Shown here piece by piece: positions 1 to 8,500 of a DNA stretch of 24,000 nt. Below the pieces are notes generated by a model. That model was not told the DNA's origin, searched no databases, and worked only from the letters and a program-made list of their open reading frames with translations. Every line of letters starts with the position of its first letter. Position 1 is the stretch's first letter. Both the position numbers and the translations under genes were made by a program. This DNA is from Skermanella cutis (GTDB lineage Bacteria; Pseudomonadota; Alphaproteobacteria; Azospirillales; Azospirillaceae), in contig NZ_CP067420.1 in NCBI RefSeq assembly GCF_016653635.2, forward strand, positions 936,594 to 960,593. The letters run 5' to 3'.

Positions 1-467
1 TGGCTCCCGGCCCGGTGGAACGCCTGGTCCTGGTGCCAGGGGGTGGCGGATTCGGGGTGCGGCGGCTTGCTGATCGCGTGGTCGAACGAGAAGCGGGCAT
101 CGGCGCCGAGCAGGGCCTTCGCGACCGCCTCGGCATTGGCCCAGAACACCGTTCGCAGAAGTTCCGGCGCGTACTTGGCGGGGTGGAGCAGTTGGGGCAG
201 CTTGAACTCGTCGCCCTGGTCAAGCCCCGCGATGTCGTAGAAGTCGCCCTCCTTCCAACCGGCACGGGTCCGGAACAATCTCTGGAAGGAACGATCGATC
301 TCGTCGACCTGGGCCACGTCGATGAAGTCGGGGATCGTCAGGTACCCTTCCTTCCAGAAAGTGTCGATCTGATGCTTGCTGAGCGCCACCCGGGGCTGGC
401 GCTTCACCAGGTTCCAGCGCATGTCGAATGGGAGCGTCTTATCGAGAACCACGTCGAGGACGGTCAA
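1..467 (-). CDS. Phytanoyl-CoA dioxygenase (PhyH) family protein, N-terminal part; the C-terminus lies beyond the left edge
   Basis: My manual reverse-strand translation gives ...MRWNLVKRQPRVALSKHQIDTFWKEGYLTIPDFIDVAQVDEIDRSF...FDHAISKPPHPESATPWHQDQAFH. The LS..Q...F...GY start and the PWHQD iron-binding region are typical of PhyH-family enzymes. The ORF is absent from the track because it has no stop in the window. A TTG at 467 lies 5 nt after a GGAGA Shine-Dalgarno sequence; the alternative ATG start is at 422. The listed + ORF 15..530 is its antisense shadow. Confidence 0.7.
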   Translation of the reverse strand, partial: MTVLDVVLDKTLPFDMRWNLVKRQPRVALSKHQIDTFWKEGYLTIPDFIDVAQVDEIDRSFQRLFRTRAGWKEGDFYDIAGLDQGDEFKLPQLLHPAKYAPELLRTVFWANAEAVAKALLGADARFSFDHAISKPPHPESATPWHQDQAFHRAGS

Positions 468-1002
468 TTCGATCTCCGAACGATACTAATTACAGTTGAT
501 CCGATGCCGTTATCTTCCACGCTGAGGTAATGAAAATCATTCCGGAAGTTGTTCTAATCCGAGGTCGCGGCGCAGGAACCCCCGGACACGCCGCCCTGGG
601 CGCAAAGGTCGCGCCGGCCGGGTAGGCAAATCGGATTGCGACAGGGATCCGTCCGATCCATCACCTTCTCCGGTTGGTATCCCATTGGAGGTCGGACCAA
701 CGCCGGTCGGGCGGAGGACTTCACCGATGCGCGTCGAGGAGGAATGAGCCGGAAACTCGGGCCGCATGTCTCGTGCCGCCGGTGACCGGCTCGTGGCTTT
801 CGGCGGAGCAGGGGGCCGTAGGTCGGTTTCGGCCAAAGGCCGACGCCGGCACTCCCGCGAGTGGACGAACACTACCGTGCAGGAACTCCAAGGATTTCCC
901 CGTTCCCTGAACTCCGTTCCGTCCGATCGTATTTGTTCTTGTTTTGTTCATAAGATCCCGATAAATTTAGACATCCTCCGCTTCCGCTCAAGGTCCGCCG
1001 CC

Positions 1003-1653
1003 ATGCAACCAGCCCCCCCTTCCTCATCCACCCCGGTGATCCGCCTGACCGCCCGCCAGGAGGCGTTCTGCCAAGCCATGGCCGAGAATGTCGGCGGGGC
1101 GGAGGCGGCCCGGCGGGCGGGGTATTCGCCGAACGGGGCGAAGCAGCGCGGAGCCTTCCTGATGACCCGGCCGGAGATCCGCATCCGGGTCGATCAACTC
1201 CGCGCCGCCCGCAACGGCAGCCACCAGTCCGACCTGGAGGAGGCGGCGGAGACCGTCAAGACCATCATCGCCGAGGCCATGGACAGGAAGTCGCTGTCGC
1301 TCGCCCTGCGCGCGGTCGAATTGCGGCTCAAGCTGCGCGGCGTGATCCGGGACAAGCGGATTCCCCACCACTATGTCAGCGACGCCCCGCATCCCGACGC
1401 CGACCTGGAGCAGCTGGATTTCGACCCGGCCGAGGATGACGACGCCCCCGCTGCCGAGATGCCGGCCGAGGCCCCGGAAGAGGCCGCGTCAGAGGCCCCG
1501 GCCGAAACAGTGACCTCCGATAGTGACCCTGCGCCGGCCCCCGCCGGCGCCGGGCGGCCGACGTCGGCAAACCCCACGCAAAAGCCCTTCCGCCACCGCG
1601 AGCGGGGCGGCGGCCCGGGCCGCGAAGGGCACCGGGACCGCCGCGCCGCTTAA
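1003..1653 (+). CDS. Phage terminase small-subunit-like (Terminase_2-type N-terminal HTH) protein with an acidic, Pro/Ala-rich low-complexity tail
   Basis: This is the internal ATG of ORF 766..1653, in frame and preceded by an AT-rich stretch at 925-970. The N-terminus LTARQEAFCQAMAENVGGAEAARRAGYSPNGAKQRGAFLMTRPEIRIRVDQL matches the conserved TerS HTH signature (LT.kQ..Fc..Y...gna..Aa..AGYs...A). The rest is low complexity (DDDAPAAEMPAEAPEEAASEAPAE...). Confidence 0.6.
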   Translation: MQPAPPSSSTPVIRLTARQEAFCQAMAENVGGAEAARRAGYSPNGAKQRGAFLMTRPEIRIRVDQLRAARNGSHQSDLEEAAETVKTIIAEAMDRKSLSLALRAVELRLKLRGVIRDKRIPHHYVSDAPHPDADLEQLDFDPAEDDDAPAAEMPAEAPEEAASEAPAETVTSDSDPAPAPAGAGRPTSANPTQKPFRHRERGGGPGREGHRDRRAA

Positions 1654-1680
1654 ACAGGCCCCGCCGCGCCCCGCAGCACC

Positions 1681-2991
1681 TCAGAACTTGTAGCGCAGCG
1701 ACGCCGCGATGATGTCGACGCTGCCCTCGCTCACGGCGCGGGTGTTGGTGGACAGGGCCGCGACGGCGCCGGGCTGGGTGGTGTTGATGTCGGCGTCGTC
1801 GATGATGATGTGGGTATAGGCCACGTCCACGACGAAGCTCTCCGACAGGGCGTAGGAGGCGCCGGCGCTCAGCCAGTAGCGGTCGGCGTCCGGCGTCCGG
1901 GTCGAGCGGAAATTGTCCACCGTCGGGGTCTCGTCGTACTGGAAGCCGCCGCGGACCGTCCACGCATCGTTGATCTGGTACTGGGCGCCGACGGCCAGCG
2001 AGAAGGTGTCCTCGTAGTTCTGGCCGACGACCTGGTCGGGCAGTCCTGGGCGCTTGACGCGGATCTCCTCGAAGTTGCTCCAGCCGTACCAGTTGTACTC
2101 CGCCATCAGCGTCAGCTTCGGGGTCAGTTCGTGGACGACGCCGACCGCGATGATGTCGGGCAGGTTGAGGTCGGCGGTGCCGGAAGAGGTGTTGAACGTG
2201 GTGCCGGCCCGGCTCAGCTGCACGTCGCCGTCAAGCGTGTGCTCGATCTGGGACCGGTAATGGATGCCGATCCGCGTGGTCGGGATCGGTTCGAACAGCA
2301 CACCCACATTGTAGCCGAAGGTCCAGTCGTCGCCCTCCACCTTGGAGATGATGTCCGGGCCGGTCCCGGTGAACACCGCGTTGGTCAGCTTGGCGTCGGC
2401 ATACTGGATGTCGATGCCGCCGCCGATCGAGATCCAGTCGTTCACCCGGTACGCGACGCTGGGTGCGATGTTGAGGGTCAGCAGGTCCGTCTCGATCGAG
2501 TCGTAGCGGCCGAACCAGTTCGCATCGTACTTGTTGGCGAGGCCGAACGGGGCGGAGACGCCCAGGCCCACCCACAGGTCCCGGTCCATCAGCGGATAGG
2601 CGAAATAAGCGTTCGGCACCGGCGTCGGGTCATAGGGATTGCCGCCGTCGTTGCCGACGATCGGGCGGGTCAGCGCCCCGGCGGGAGTCTGGACGGTCGC
2701 GGTCGAGCCGCGGTTCTCCAGGTCGGCGCGCGGGATCAGCAGGTGGACGCCGGCGGTCGCCTCGGGCCCTTCCAGCCGGGTCATCCCGGCGGGGTTGAAG
2801 AAGATGGTGCTGGCGTCCTCGCTGATCGCGGACTCGCCGGCGAAAGCGCGGCCCAGCCCGGTGACGCTCTGCTCCTTGATGTAGAAGCCGGCGGCCTGGA
2901 CGGCCTGGGTGCCGGCGAGCAGGGCGATCGCCGAGGTGGCGGCCAGGATCGACGCCGTCGCACGTCCCGGGAAGCGCTTGATGGGGTTCAT
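1681..2991 (-). CDS. Outer-membrane long-chain fatty acid / hydrophobic compound transporter, FadL/OmpP1/TodX family
   Basis: 436-aa ORF with a signal peptide (ALLAGTQAVQAAGF). It has the N-terminal GLGRAFAGESA hatch-like motif, alternating beta-strand character and a C-terminal aromatic residue (..SLRYKF). A GGGAGA Shine-Dalgarno sequence lies about 8 nt upstream of the ATG. Confidence 0.9.
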   Translation of the reverse strand: MNPIKRFPGRATASILAATSAIALLAGTQAVQAAGFYIKEQSVTGLGRAFAGESAISEDASTIFFNPAGMTRLEGPEATAGVHLLIPRADLENRGSTATVQTPAGALTRPIVGNDGGNPYDPTPVPNAYFAYPLMDRDLWVGLGVSAPFGLANKYDANWFGRYDSIETDLLTLNIAPSVAYRVNDWISIGGGIDIQYADAKLTNAVFTGTGPDIISKVEGDDWTFGYNVGVLFEPIPTTRIGIHYRSQIEHTLDGDVQLSRAGTTFNTSSGTADLNLPDIIAVGVVHELTPKLTLMAEYNWYGWSNFEEIRVKRPGLPDQVVGQNYEDTFSLAVGAQYQINDAWTVRGGFQYDETPTVDNFRSTRTPDADRYWLSAGASYALSESFVVDVAYTHIIIDDADINTTQPGAVAALSTNTRAVSEGSVDIIAASLRYKF

Positions 2992-3071
2992 TGGGTGTCT
3001 TCTCCCGATTGATTCTTTCTTCCGCGGATCGTTGATCTTTCCCGCGGATATGGGAGAAAGGGGTACTAACA

Positions 3072-3083
3072 GTTTACGTAAAC
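3072..3083. promoter_or_regulatory. Perfect 12-bp palindrome GTTTACGTAAAC abutting a -35-like TTGACG (minus strand) upstream of the FadL-family gene; candidate operator
   Basis: Read directly from the sequence. On the minus strand it reads cTTGACGTTTACGTAAACtg, about 80 nt upstream of the fadL-like ATG. Two CCGCGGAT direct repeats sit at 3022-3029 and 3042-3049. Confidence 0.3.
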
Positions 3084-3110
3084 GTCAAGCTCCCCGTGCA
3101 AGGAGGGAGA

Positions 3111-3137
3111 CGAAGCGCCCGCAGGTGTGGCGCTTCG
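3111..3137 (-). terminator. Hairpin with a 9-bp perfect stem (CGAAGCGCC / GGCGCTTCG) and a 9-nt loop, downstream of the CBS gene
   Basis: Inverted repeat seen 30 nt past the CBS gene stop (3168). The U-tract is weak, so it may be a weak or factor-assisted terminator. Confidence 0.35.
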
Positions 3138-3167
3138 CCTACACTGGCCCGACACGGCGGGCCGGCG

Positions 3168-3602
3168 TCACCCCTGTCCGGTCACGTAGCCGCGCAGGGT
3201 CTCCACCTCGAGTTCGGTCTCGTCCAGCCGCTGCTTGACCACGTCGCCGATGCTGATCATGCCCAGCAGCTTGCCGTCCTCGACCACGGGAAGGTGGCGG
3301 AAGCGCCGGGTGGTCATGACGGTCATGATCTCGGCGATGGTATCGGAGGGGGAGCACTGCTGCACGTTGCGGGTCATGACCTCATCGACCCGCCGGTTCA
3401 GCGTGTCGGCGCCGAACCTGGTCAGGGCGCGTATGATGTCGCGTTCGGAGATGATGCCGCGGATGCCCTCGTTGTCGTCCATCACCAGGACGGCACCGAT
3501 CCGGTTCTCGGTCAGCAGGTTCGCGGCCTCTCCGATGGTTCGCTCGGGCGCGATGGAGACGACGCTGGAGCCCTTGCGCTTGATGACGGCTGCGACATGC
3601 AT
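3168..3602 (-). CDS. CBS-pair domain protein (standalone, 144 aa)
   Basis: Two CBS repeats are present: ...IGAVLVMDDNEGIRGIISERDIIRAL... and ...HLPVVEDGKLLGMISIGDVVKQ.... The size is typical of standalone CBS-pair proteins. Confidence 0.9.
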   Translation of the reverse strand: MHVAAVIKRKGSSVVSIAPERTIGEAANLLTENRIGAVLVMDDNEGIRGIISERDIIRALTRFGADTLNRRVDEVMTRNVQQCSPSDTIAEIMTVMTTRRFRHLPVVEDGKLLGMISIGDVVKQRLDETELEVETLRGYVTGQG

Positions 3603-3767
3603 GGAACCTGCTCCTCCTTGTCAGGGCGGCCCGTGGGCAAGATGCGGGCGGGCCGCCATCGTTGGTCTTGTCATTCGACGGGCCATGATACGTCCATTCC
3701 CGGGGCGCCGTGCAAGCCGGAGTTGTCGCTCCTCTCTTTATTGTCGCCAGCCCTCATCACCCGGCCC

Positions 3768-4262
3768 TCATCGCCCAGCCGGCGTCGCCGGGGCGGCAAC
3801 CTGGGCCAGGCAGTTCTCGATGATGGTCTGGCACTGGGCCAACTGGCTGCCGCCGACGCCCTCCGGACCGCCATAGACGATCCGCTCGACGACGCCGTCG
3901 CGGAGCGTGAATGTCGCGTTGCAGCTGAAGCTGCGGAAATCGTAGGTCGGCGCGAAGGAGCCGTAATAGGGAAAGCCGTAACCATAGCCGTGATAGGGAT
4001 AGCGGCCATATCCAAGGAGCGGCGAATAGCTCTGGTAGACCACCGTGCGATTGCTGGAGTAGGTGAAATATTCCAGGTTGCCGACCTCGGCCATTCGTTC
4101 CGGGACGCCGGCACAGGACAGCAGCGTCTCCTTGGGCATGCCCACGAAGGCGGTCTGGGCGAACAGCGCCTCGTCCGCGCGCGGATTGGCGCAGGACGCC
4201 AGTGCCCCGGCGCAGAGCGCCAGCAGGGCGAAGCGCAGGGAGACCGTTGCAGGGGAGATCAT
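3768..4262 (-). CDS. Putative lipoprotein with a Tyr/Gly-rich segment, function unknown
   Basis: Signal peptide with lipobox LASC (MISPATVSLRFALLALCAGALASCANP). The start lies 15 nt downstream of the upstream FAD oxidoreductase gene on the same strand, consistent with an operon. Confidence 0.7.
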   Translation of the reverse strand: MISPATVSLRFALLALCAGALASCANPRADEALFAQTAFVGMPKETLLSCAGVPERMAEVGNLEYFTYSSNRTVVYQSYSPLLGYGRYPYHGYGYGFPYYGSFAPTYDFRSFSCNATFTLRDGVVERIVYGGPEGVGGSQLAQCQTIIENCLAQVAAPATPAGR

Positions 4263-4277
4263 GGCTCGCTTCCTTCT

Positions 4278-5420
4278 TCAGGGCGCCCGCAACCGCTCCG
4301 GCGCCAGATCCGTGGCCTTCACGCCGAGGGCGGCGAGATCCTCCGGCACCCGCCCGTCGGCCAGCAGCCCGGCGGCGGTCCGCGCCATTCCAGGCGCCGT
4401 CTGGATGCCGTAGCCGCCCTGGCCGGCCAGCCAGAAGAATCCTTCCGCCTCCGGGTCGGGACCCACCACCGGACTCTTGTCCGGGGCGAAGGTGCGAAGC
4501 CCGGCCCAGCGGTGGCCGATCCGCCGGACCTTGAACAGGCACGCCCGCTCGATCCGGTCAACCGTCAGGGCAACGTCGAGTTCCTCCGGCTGGACGTCGC
4601 AAGGCTCGACCGGCGTCTCGTCGGCCGGCGAGCCCAGGAGCCGGCCGCCCTCGGGTTTGAAATAGAACGTTTCGTCCACGTCGCAAACCATCGGCCAGCG
4701 GGGCAGGCCGGCCTCGTCCGGGATCGGCGTGGGATCGAAGGTGATCGCCGTCCGGCGTTTCGGCACCAGGCCGACCGGGGCCAGCCCCGCCATCCCGGCG
4801 ACCGCGTCGGCCCAGGCCCCGGCGGCGTTGACGATCCAGGGGGCCTCGAAGGCTCCGGCGCGGGTCTCCGCCCGCCAGGTCCCGTCCCGGCGGCTCAGTC
4901 CCGTCAGCTCCGCGTCGGTCACGACCTCGCCGCCCCGGGCGCGCAGCCCGCGCAGATAGCCCTGGTGGATCGCGTGGACGTCCATGTCCATGGCGTCCGG
5001 CTCCCACACCGCGCCCGCGACATAGTCCGGCCGAAGCATCGGGGCGAGCGCCAGGGTCGCCTCGCGGTCCAGCAATTCCACCGACGGCGTCAGGACGCTG
5101 CCGGTGCGGAAGGCGCCGTCCAGGCCGTCCCTCTGGTCGTCCCGCCCGACCAGCACCACGCCGCGCGGGGTCAGCACCGGATGCGCGGCGAAGCCCGAAG
5201 CCACGGCGGCGTCGTAGAAGGGGCGGCTGCCGACGGTCAGCGCCCGGATCGCCGCGTTGCCGTAGGTCTCGGTATAGAGGGCGGCGGAGCGGCCGGTCGA
5301 GTGGTAGCCCGGCTGGGCCTCGCGCTCCAGCAGCACGACGCGGCCGCGGGACGAGAGCTCGTAGGCCGCGGAAGCTCCGGCGATGCCGCCGCCGATGATC
5401 AGGAAGTCGCAGGAAGTCAT
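4278..5420 (-). CDS. FAD-dependent oxidoreductase (DAO / glycine-sarcosine oxidase-like family)
   Basis: N-terminal dinucleotide-binding motif DFLIIGGGIAGASAAYELS. The 380-aa length and overall pattern are typical of the DAO family. The substrate cannot be assigned from the sequence. Confidence 0.85.
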   Translation of the reverse strand: MTSCDFLIIGGGIAGASAAYELSSRGRVVLLEREAQPGYHSTGRSAALYTETYGNAAIRALTVGSRPFYDAAVASGFAAHPVLTPRGVVLVGRDDQRDGLDGAFRTGSVLTPSVELLDREATLALAPMLRPDYVAGAVWEPDAMDMDVHAIHQGYLRGLRARGGEVVTDAELTGLSRRDGTWRAETRAGAFEAPWIVNAAGAWADAVAGMAGLAPVGLVPKRRTAITFDPTPIPDEAGLPRWPMVCDVDETFYFKPEGGRLLGSPADETPVEPCDVQPEELDVALTVDRIERACLFKVRRIGHRWAGLRTFAPDKSPVVGPDPEAEGFFWLAGQGGYGIQTAPGMARTAAGLLADGRVPEDLAALGVKATDLAPERLRAP

Positions 5421-5533
5421 GGTGCGCAGTACCGGTCCGCCGTCAATGGTCAGGGATTTCCCACAGTCTATGCCCGGCGGACCGCTTAGTCACATCCCAC
5501 GGAGGCGGATGGGCACGGAAGAGGCTGGCGGGA

Positions 5534-8500
5534 TCAGGCGGCGCCCCGCAGTTCCTCGGCGCGGCGCAGATCGACGGACACCAGCTGGGAAACGCCGCGC
5601 TCGCCCATGGTGACGCCGAACAGCCGGTCCATCCGGGCCATGGTCAGGCGGTGATGAGTGATGATCAGGAAGCGGGTGGCGCCGACGCGGGCCATCTCCT
5701 CGACCAGGGTGCAGAAGCGGTCGACGTTGGCCTCGTCCAGGGGCGCGTCCACCTCGTCCAGCACGCAGATCGGCGCCGGGTTGGTCAGGAACACGGCGAA
5801 CAGCAGCGACAGCGCGGTCAGCGCCTGCTCGCCGCCCGACAGCAGGGACAGCACCTGGAGCCGCTTGCCCGGCGGGCTGGCATAGATCTCCAGCCCGGCG
5901 TCCAGCGGGTCCTCCGCCTCGGTCAGCTTCAGGTACGCCTTGCCGCCGCCGAACAGCCGGACGAACATGTCCTGGAAATGCCGGTCCACCGTCTCGAACG
6001 AGGCCAGCAGCCGTTCCCGCGCCTCCCTGTTGAGGCTGGAGATGCCCTGGCGCAGGCGGCCGATCGCGGCGACCAGATCGGCGCGCTCGCTCTGCATGCC
6101 GGCGATCTGCTGGTCCAGCTCGGCCGCCTCGGCCTCGGCCAGCAGGTTGACGGGTCCCATGTTCTCGCGCTCGCGCGCCAGCTTCTCCAGCCGCGCCTCG
6201 ATGCCGGCCGGGTCCGGAAGCGGCTCGCCGGGCGGCAGGTCGGCCAGGGCGGCCGTCTGCTCCGGCGCGCATTCCAGCTTCTCGGCGATCCGCTCCCGCA
6301 CCGCCTCCAGCGTCTGGCGGGCCGAGGCCACGGCGGCTTCCGCCCGCACGCGGGCCTCGCGGGCGTCGCCCAGCCCTGTCTCGGCCTGTTTCAGGCGCTT
6401 CTCGGTGGCGGCCAGCGTCGCTTCGGCCTCGTTCAGGGTGTCGGCGGCGCGCTTGCGCACCCGTTCGGCATCGGCGATCCGGGTCGCCAGGTCGGCGCGC
6501 TCCGCCTCGATCTCATCGGGCCGGCCGGCCAGCTCCTCAAGCTCGGCCTTCGCGGTCTCGGCGCGCTCCATCAGTTCGGCCAGGCGCTCGTCCGCCCCGT
6601 CGGACCGGTTCGTCCAGCCGCGCCGTTCCGCCTCGATCGCGGCGAGGCGCTGGCGCCGGCCCTGGGCCTCGCGCAGGGTGCGGTCCAGCGCGTTCTGCCG
6701 GCCGGCCAGATCGGCGCGGGTCTCCGCCAGGGTGGCGCGCAGCTCGGCGACCCGCTCCCGCGCCCGGCCTGATTCGGGCAGCGCGTCCAGGGCGGCCCGC
6801 GCCTCGGCGACCTGGCGCTCGGCCTCGCGGCGGTCGGCGTCCAGGCGGTCCACCGCCTCGGCCAGGGCGGTCAGGCGGGAGGCCGCGGCGGCAGCGGCCT
6901 GGGCCAGCTTGGCGTGCTGGTCGCGGGTCCGGCCGACCGCGCCGAAGGCGTCCCGCACGGCGTCCCGGCAGCGCCGTTCCTGGGCCGCCGCCTCCGACGC
7001 GGCGGTGCGGGCGGCCTCGAACTCCTCCCGCGCGTGGACGGAGGTATCCTCGGCGCTTTCCAGCTCCAGGCGAAGCTCGGCGAGGCGGTTGCGCTGCTTC
7101 AGCCGGATCGCGGCCGCCGTCGGCGCTCCCGCCGCGACCGACAGCCCGTCCCAGCGCCAGGACGCGCCGTCGCGCGTGACCAGGATCTGGCCGGGCAGCA
7201 GGGTCGGGGCCAGGGCGTTGCCCTCCTCGGCACCCGCGACGACGCCGATATGGTCGAGGCAGCGGGCCAGGGCGGGGGGCGCCTTGACCCGGGAGGCCAG
7301 CGGCTCCGCCCCGGCGGGCAGCGGCGCGGTCCGGTCGAGCGCCGGGTGCGCCCGCCAGTGGACCGCCGCCGCCTCGTCCAGCGGTGCCGTCAGGCCGTCG
7401 CCCAGCGCCGCGGCGATCGCGACCTCGTAGTCCGGCGCCACGGCGACGGCATCGATCAGCGGCGGGAACAGGTCGCCGGAGCCGGACTCCAGAAGCTCCG
7501 ACAGCGCCGTCTCCTCCGCCTTCAGCCGGGCGCGGGCGCCATCCGCCGCCTGCAGGGCATCGCGGCTCCGGGCCTGCGCCGCTTCGGCCGCCGCCTTGGC
7601 GTGTTCCGCCGCCTCGGCCCGGTCGCGGGCGAGGTCCAGCGCCTCCTCCGCGGCGGCGACGGCTTGCTCCGCCGCCTCGATGTCGGGGCGGGACGCCAGC
7701 TCGGCCTCCAGGGCGGCGCGCTGGCGCTGCTGCTCGTCGAGCCGGCGGGTCGCGGTCGCCAGCCGCTGGTCCAGGTCGGCGGACTGCCGCTGAAGGGCGG
7801 TGCGCCGGGCATCGTCGGCCGCGGTCCGCTCGGTCAGCGCCGTCAGCTCCCGGTCCAGCGCCTCGACACGCTCGCGGGCCTCCGCCAGGGACTCGCGGGC
7901 GGCCTCCTCGACGGCGGCCTCGTCGCCCTGTTCCTCGACCAGGCCGTCCCGCTCGTCGGCGAGGCGGGCCAGCGCCGTCCCGGCGTCCTCCGCCAGCGCC
8001 CGCTCGCGCGCCAGGTCGGTCGCGACCTGGGCCAGCCGGCGCTGGTTGGCGGTCCGGGCCTCGGCGACCCGCTTCTCCTCCGCGTCCAGCGCCTCGCGGG
8101 CGATCACCAGCCGCTGGAGCGCCTGAGCCGCCTGGGCCTCGGCCTGGCGGAGGCGGGGCAGCCCCTCGGCGTCGGCGGCGCGCCGGGTGGTCTCGGCCGC
8201 GACCTCGCCCATGCGGTCGCGCACCAGCACCTCGGCATCGTTGAAGGCGAGCCGCGCCGCCGCTAGCGCCGCCTGGGCCGCGATCCATCTGATGTGGAGC
8301 AGCACCGCCTCGGTCCGGCGGACCTGTTCGCTGAGGTTCCGGTAGCGCGAGGCCTGCCGCGCCTGCTTGCGCAGCGTGCCGAGCTGGGCGTCCATGGTGA
8401 CGATCACGTCGTCCAGGCGCATCAGGTTGGCCTCGGCCGCCTTCAGGCGCAGCTCCGCCTCATGGCGCCGGGAATGCAGCCCGGTGATGCCGGCCGCCTC

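Noticed and set aside
15-530. 171-aa + strand ORF at the left edge
   Set aside because: Its product is Arg/Gly/Val/Leu-rich with no recognisable motifs. The opposite strand in the matching frame gives a clean PhyH-family N-terminus with the PWHQD motif, so the + ORF is an antisense shadow.
531-1002. Possible tRNA, tmRNA, SRP or RNase P gene or phage att site in the long spacer
   Set aside because: I found no GGTTCGAATCC-type T-loop, no acceptor/CCA context, no tmRNA tag frame and no RNase P or SRP core motifs. GTTCTAATCC at 551-560 only superficially resembles a T-loop and lacks a matching stem. The region is kept only as an unexplained spacer finding.
3096-5489. 797-aa + strand ORF spanning the CBS, lipoprotein and FAD oxidoreductase loci
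   Set aside because: It runs antisense across three well-supported minus-strand genes and their intergenic gaps. Its composition (R/G/A/P/D-rich) is typical of high-GC shadow frames.
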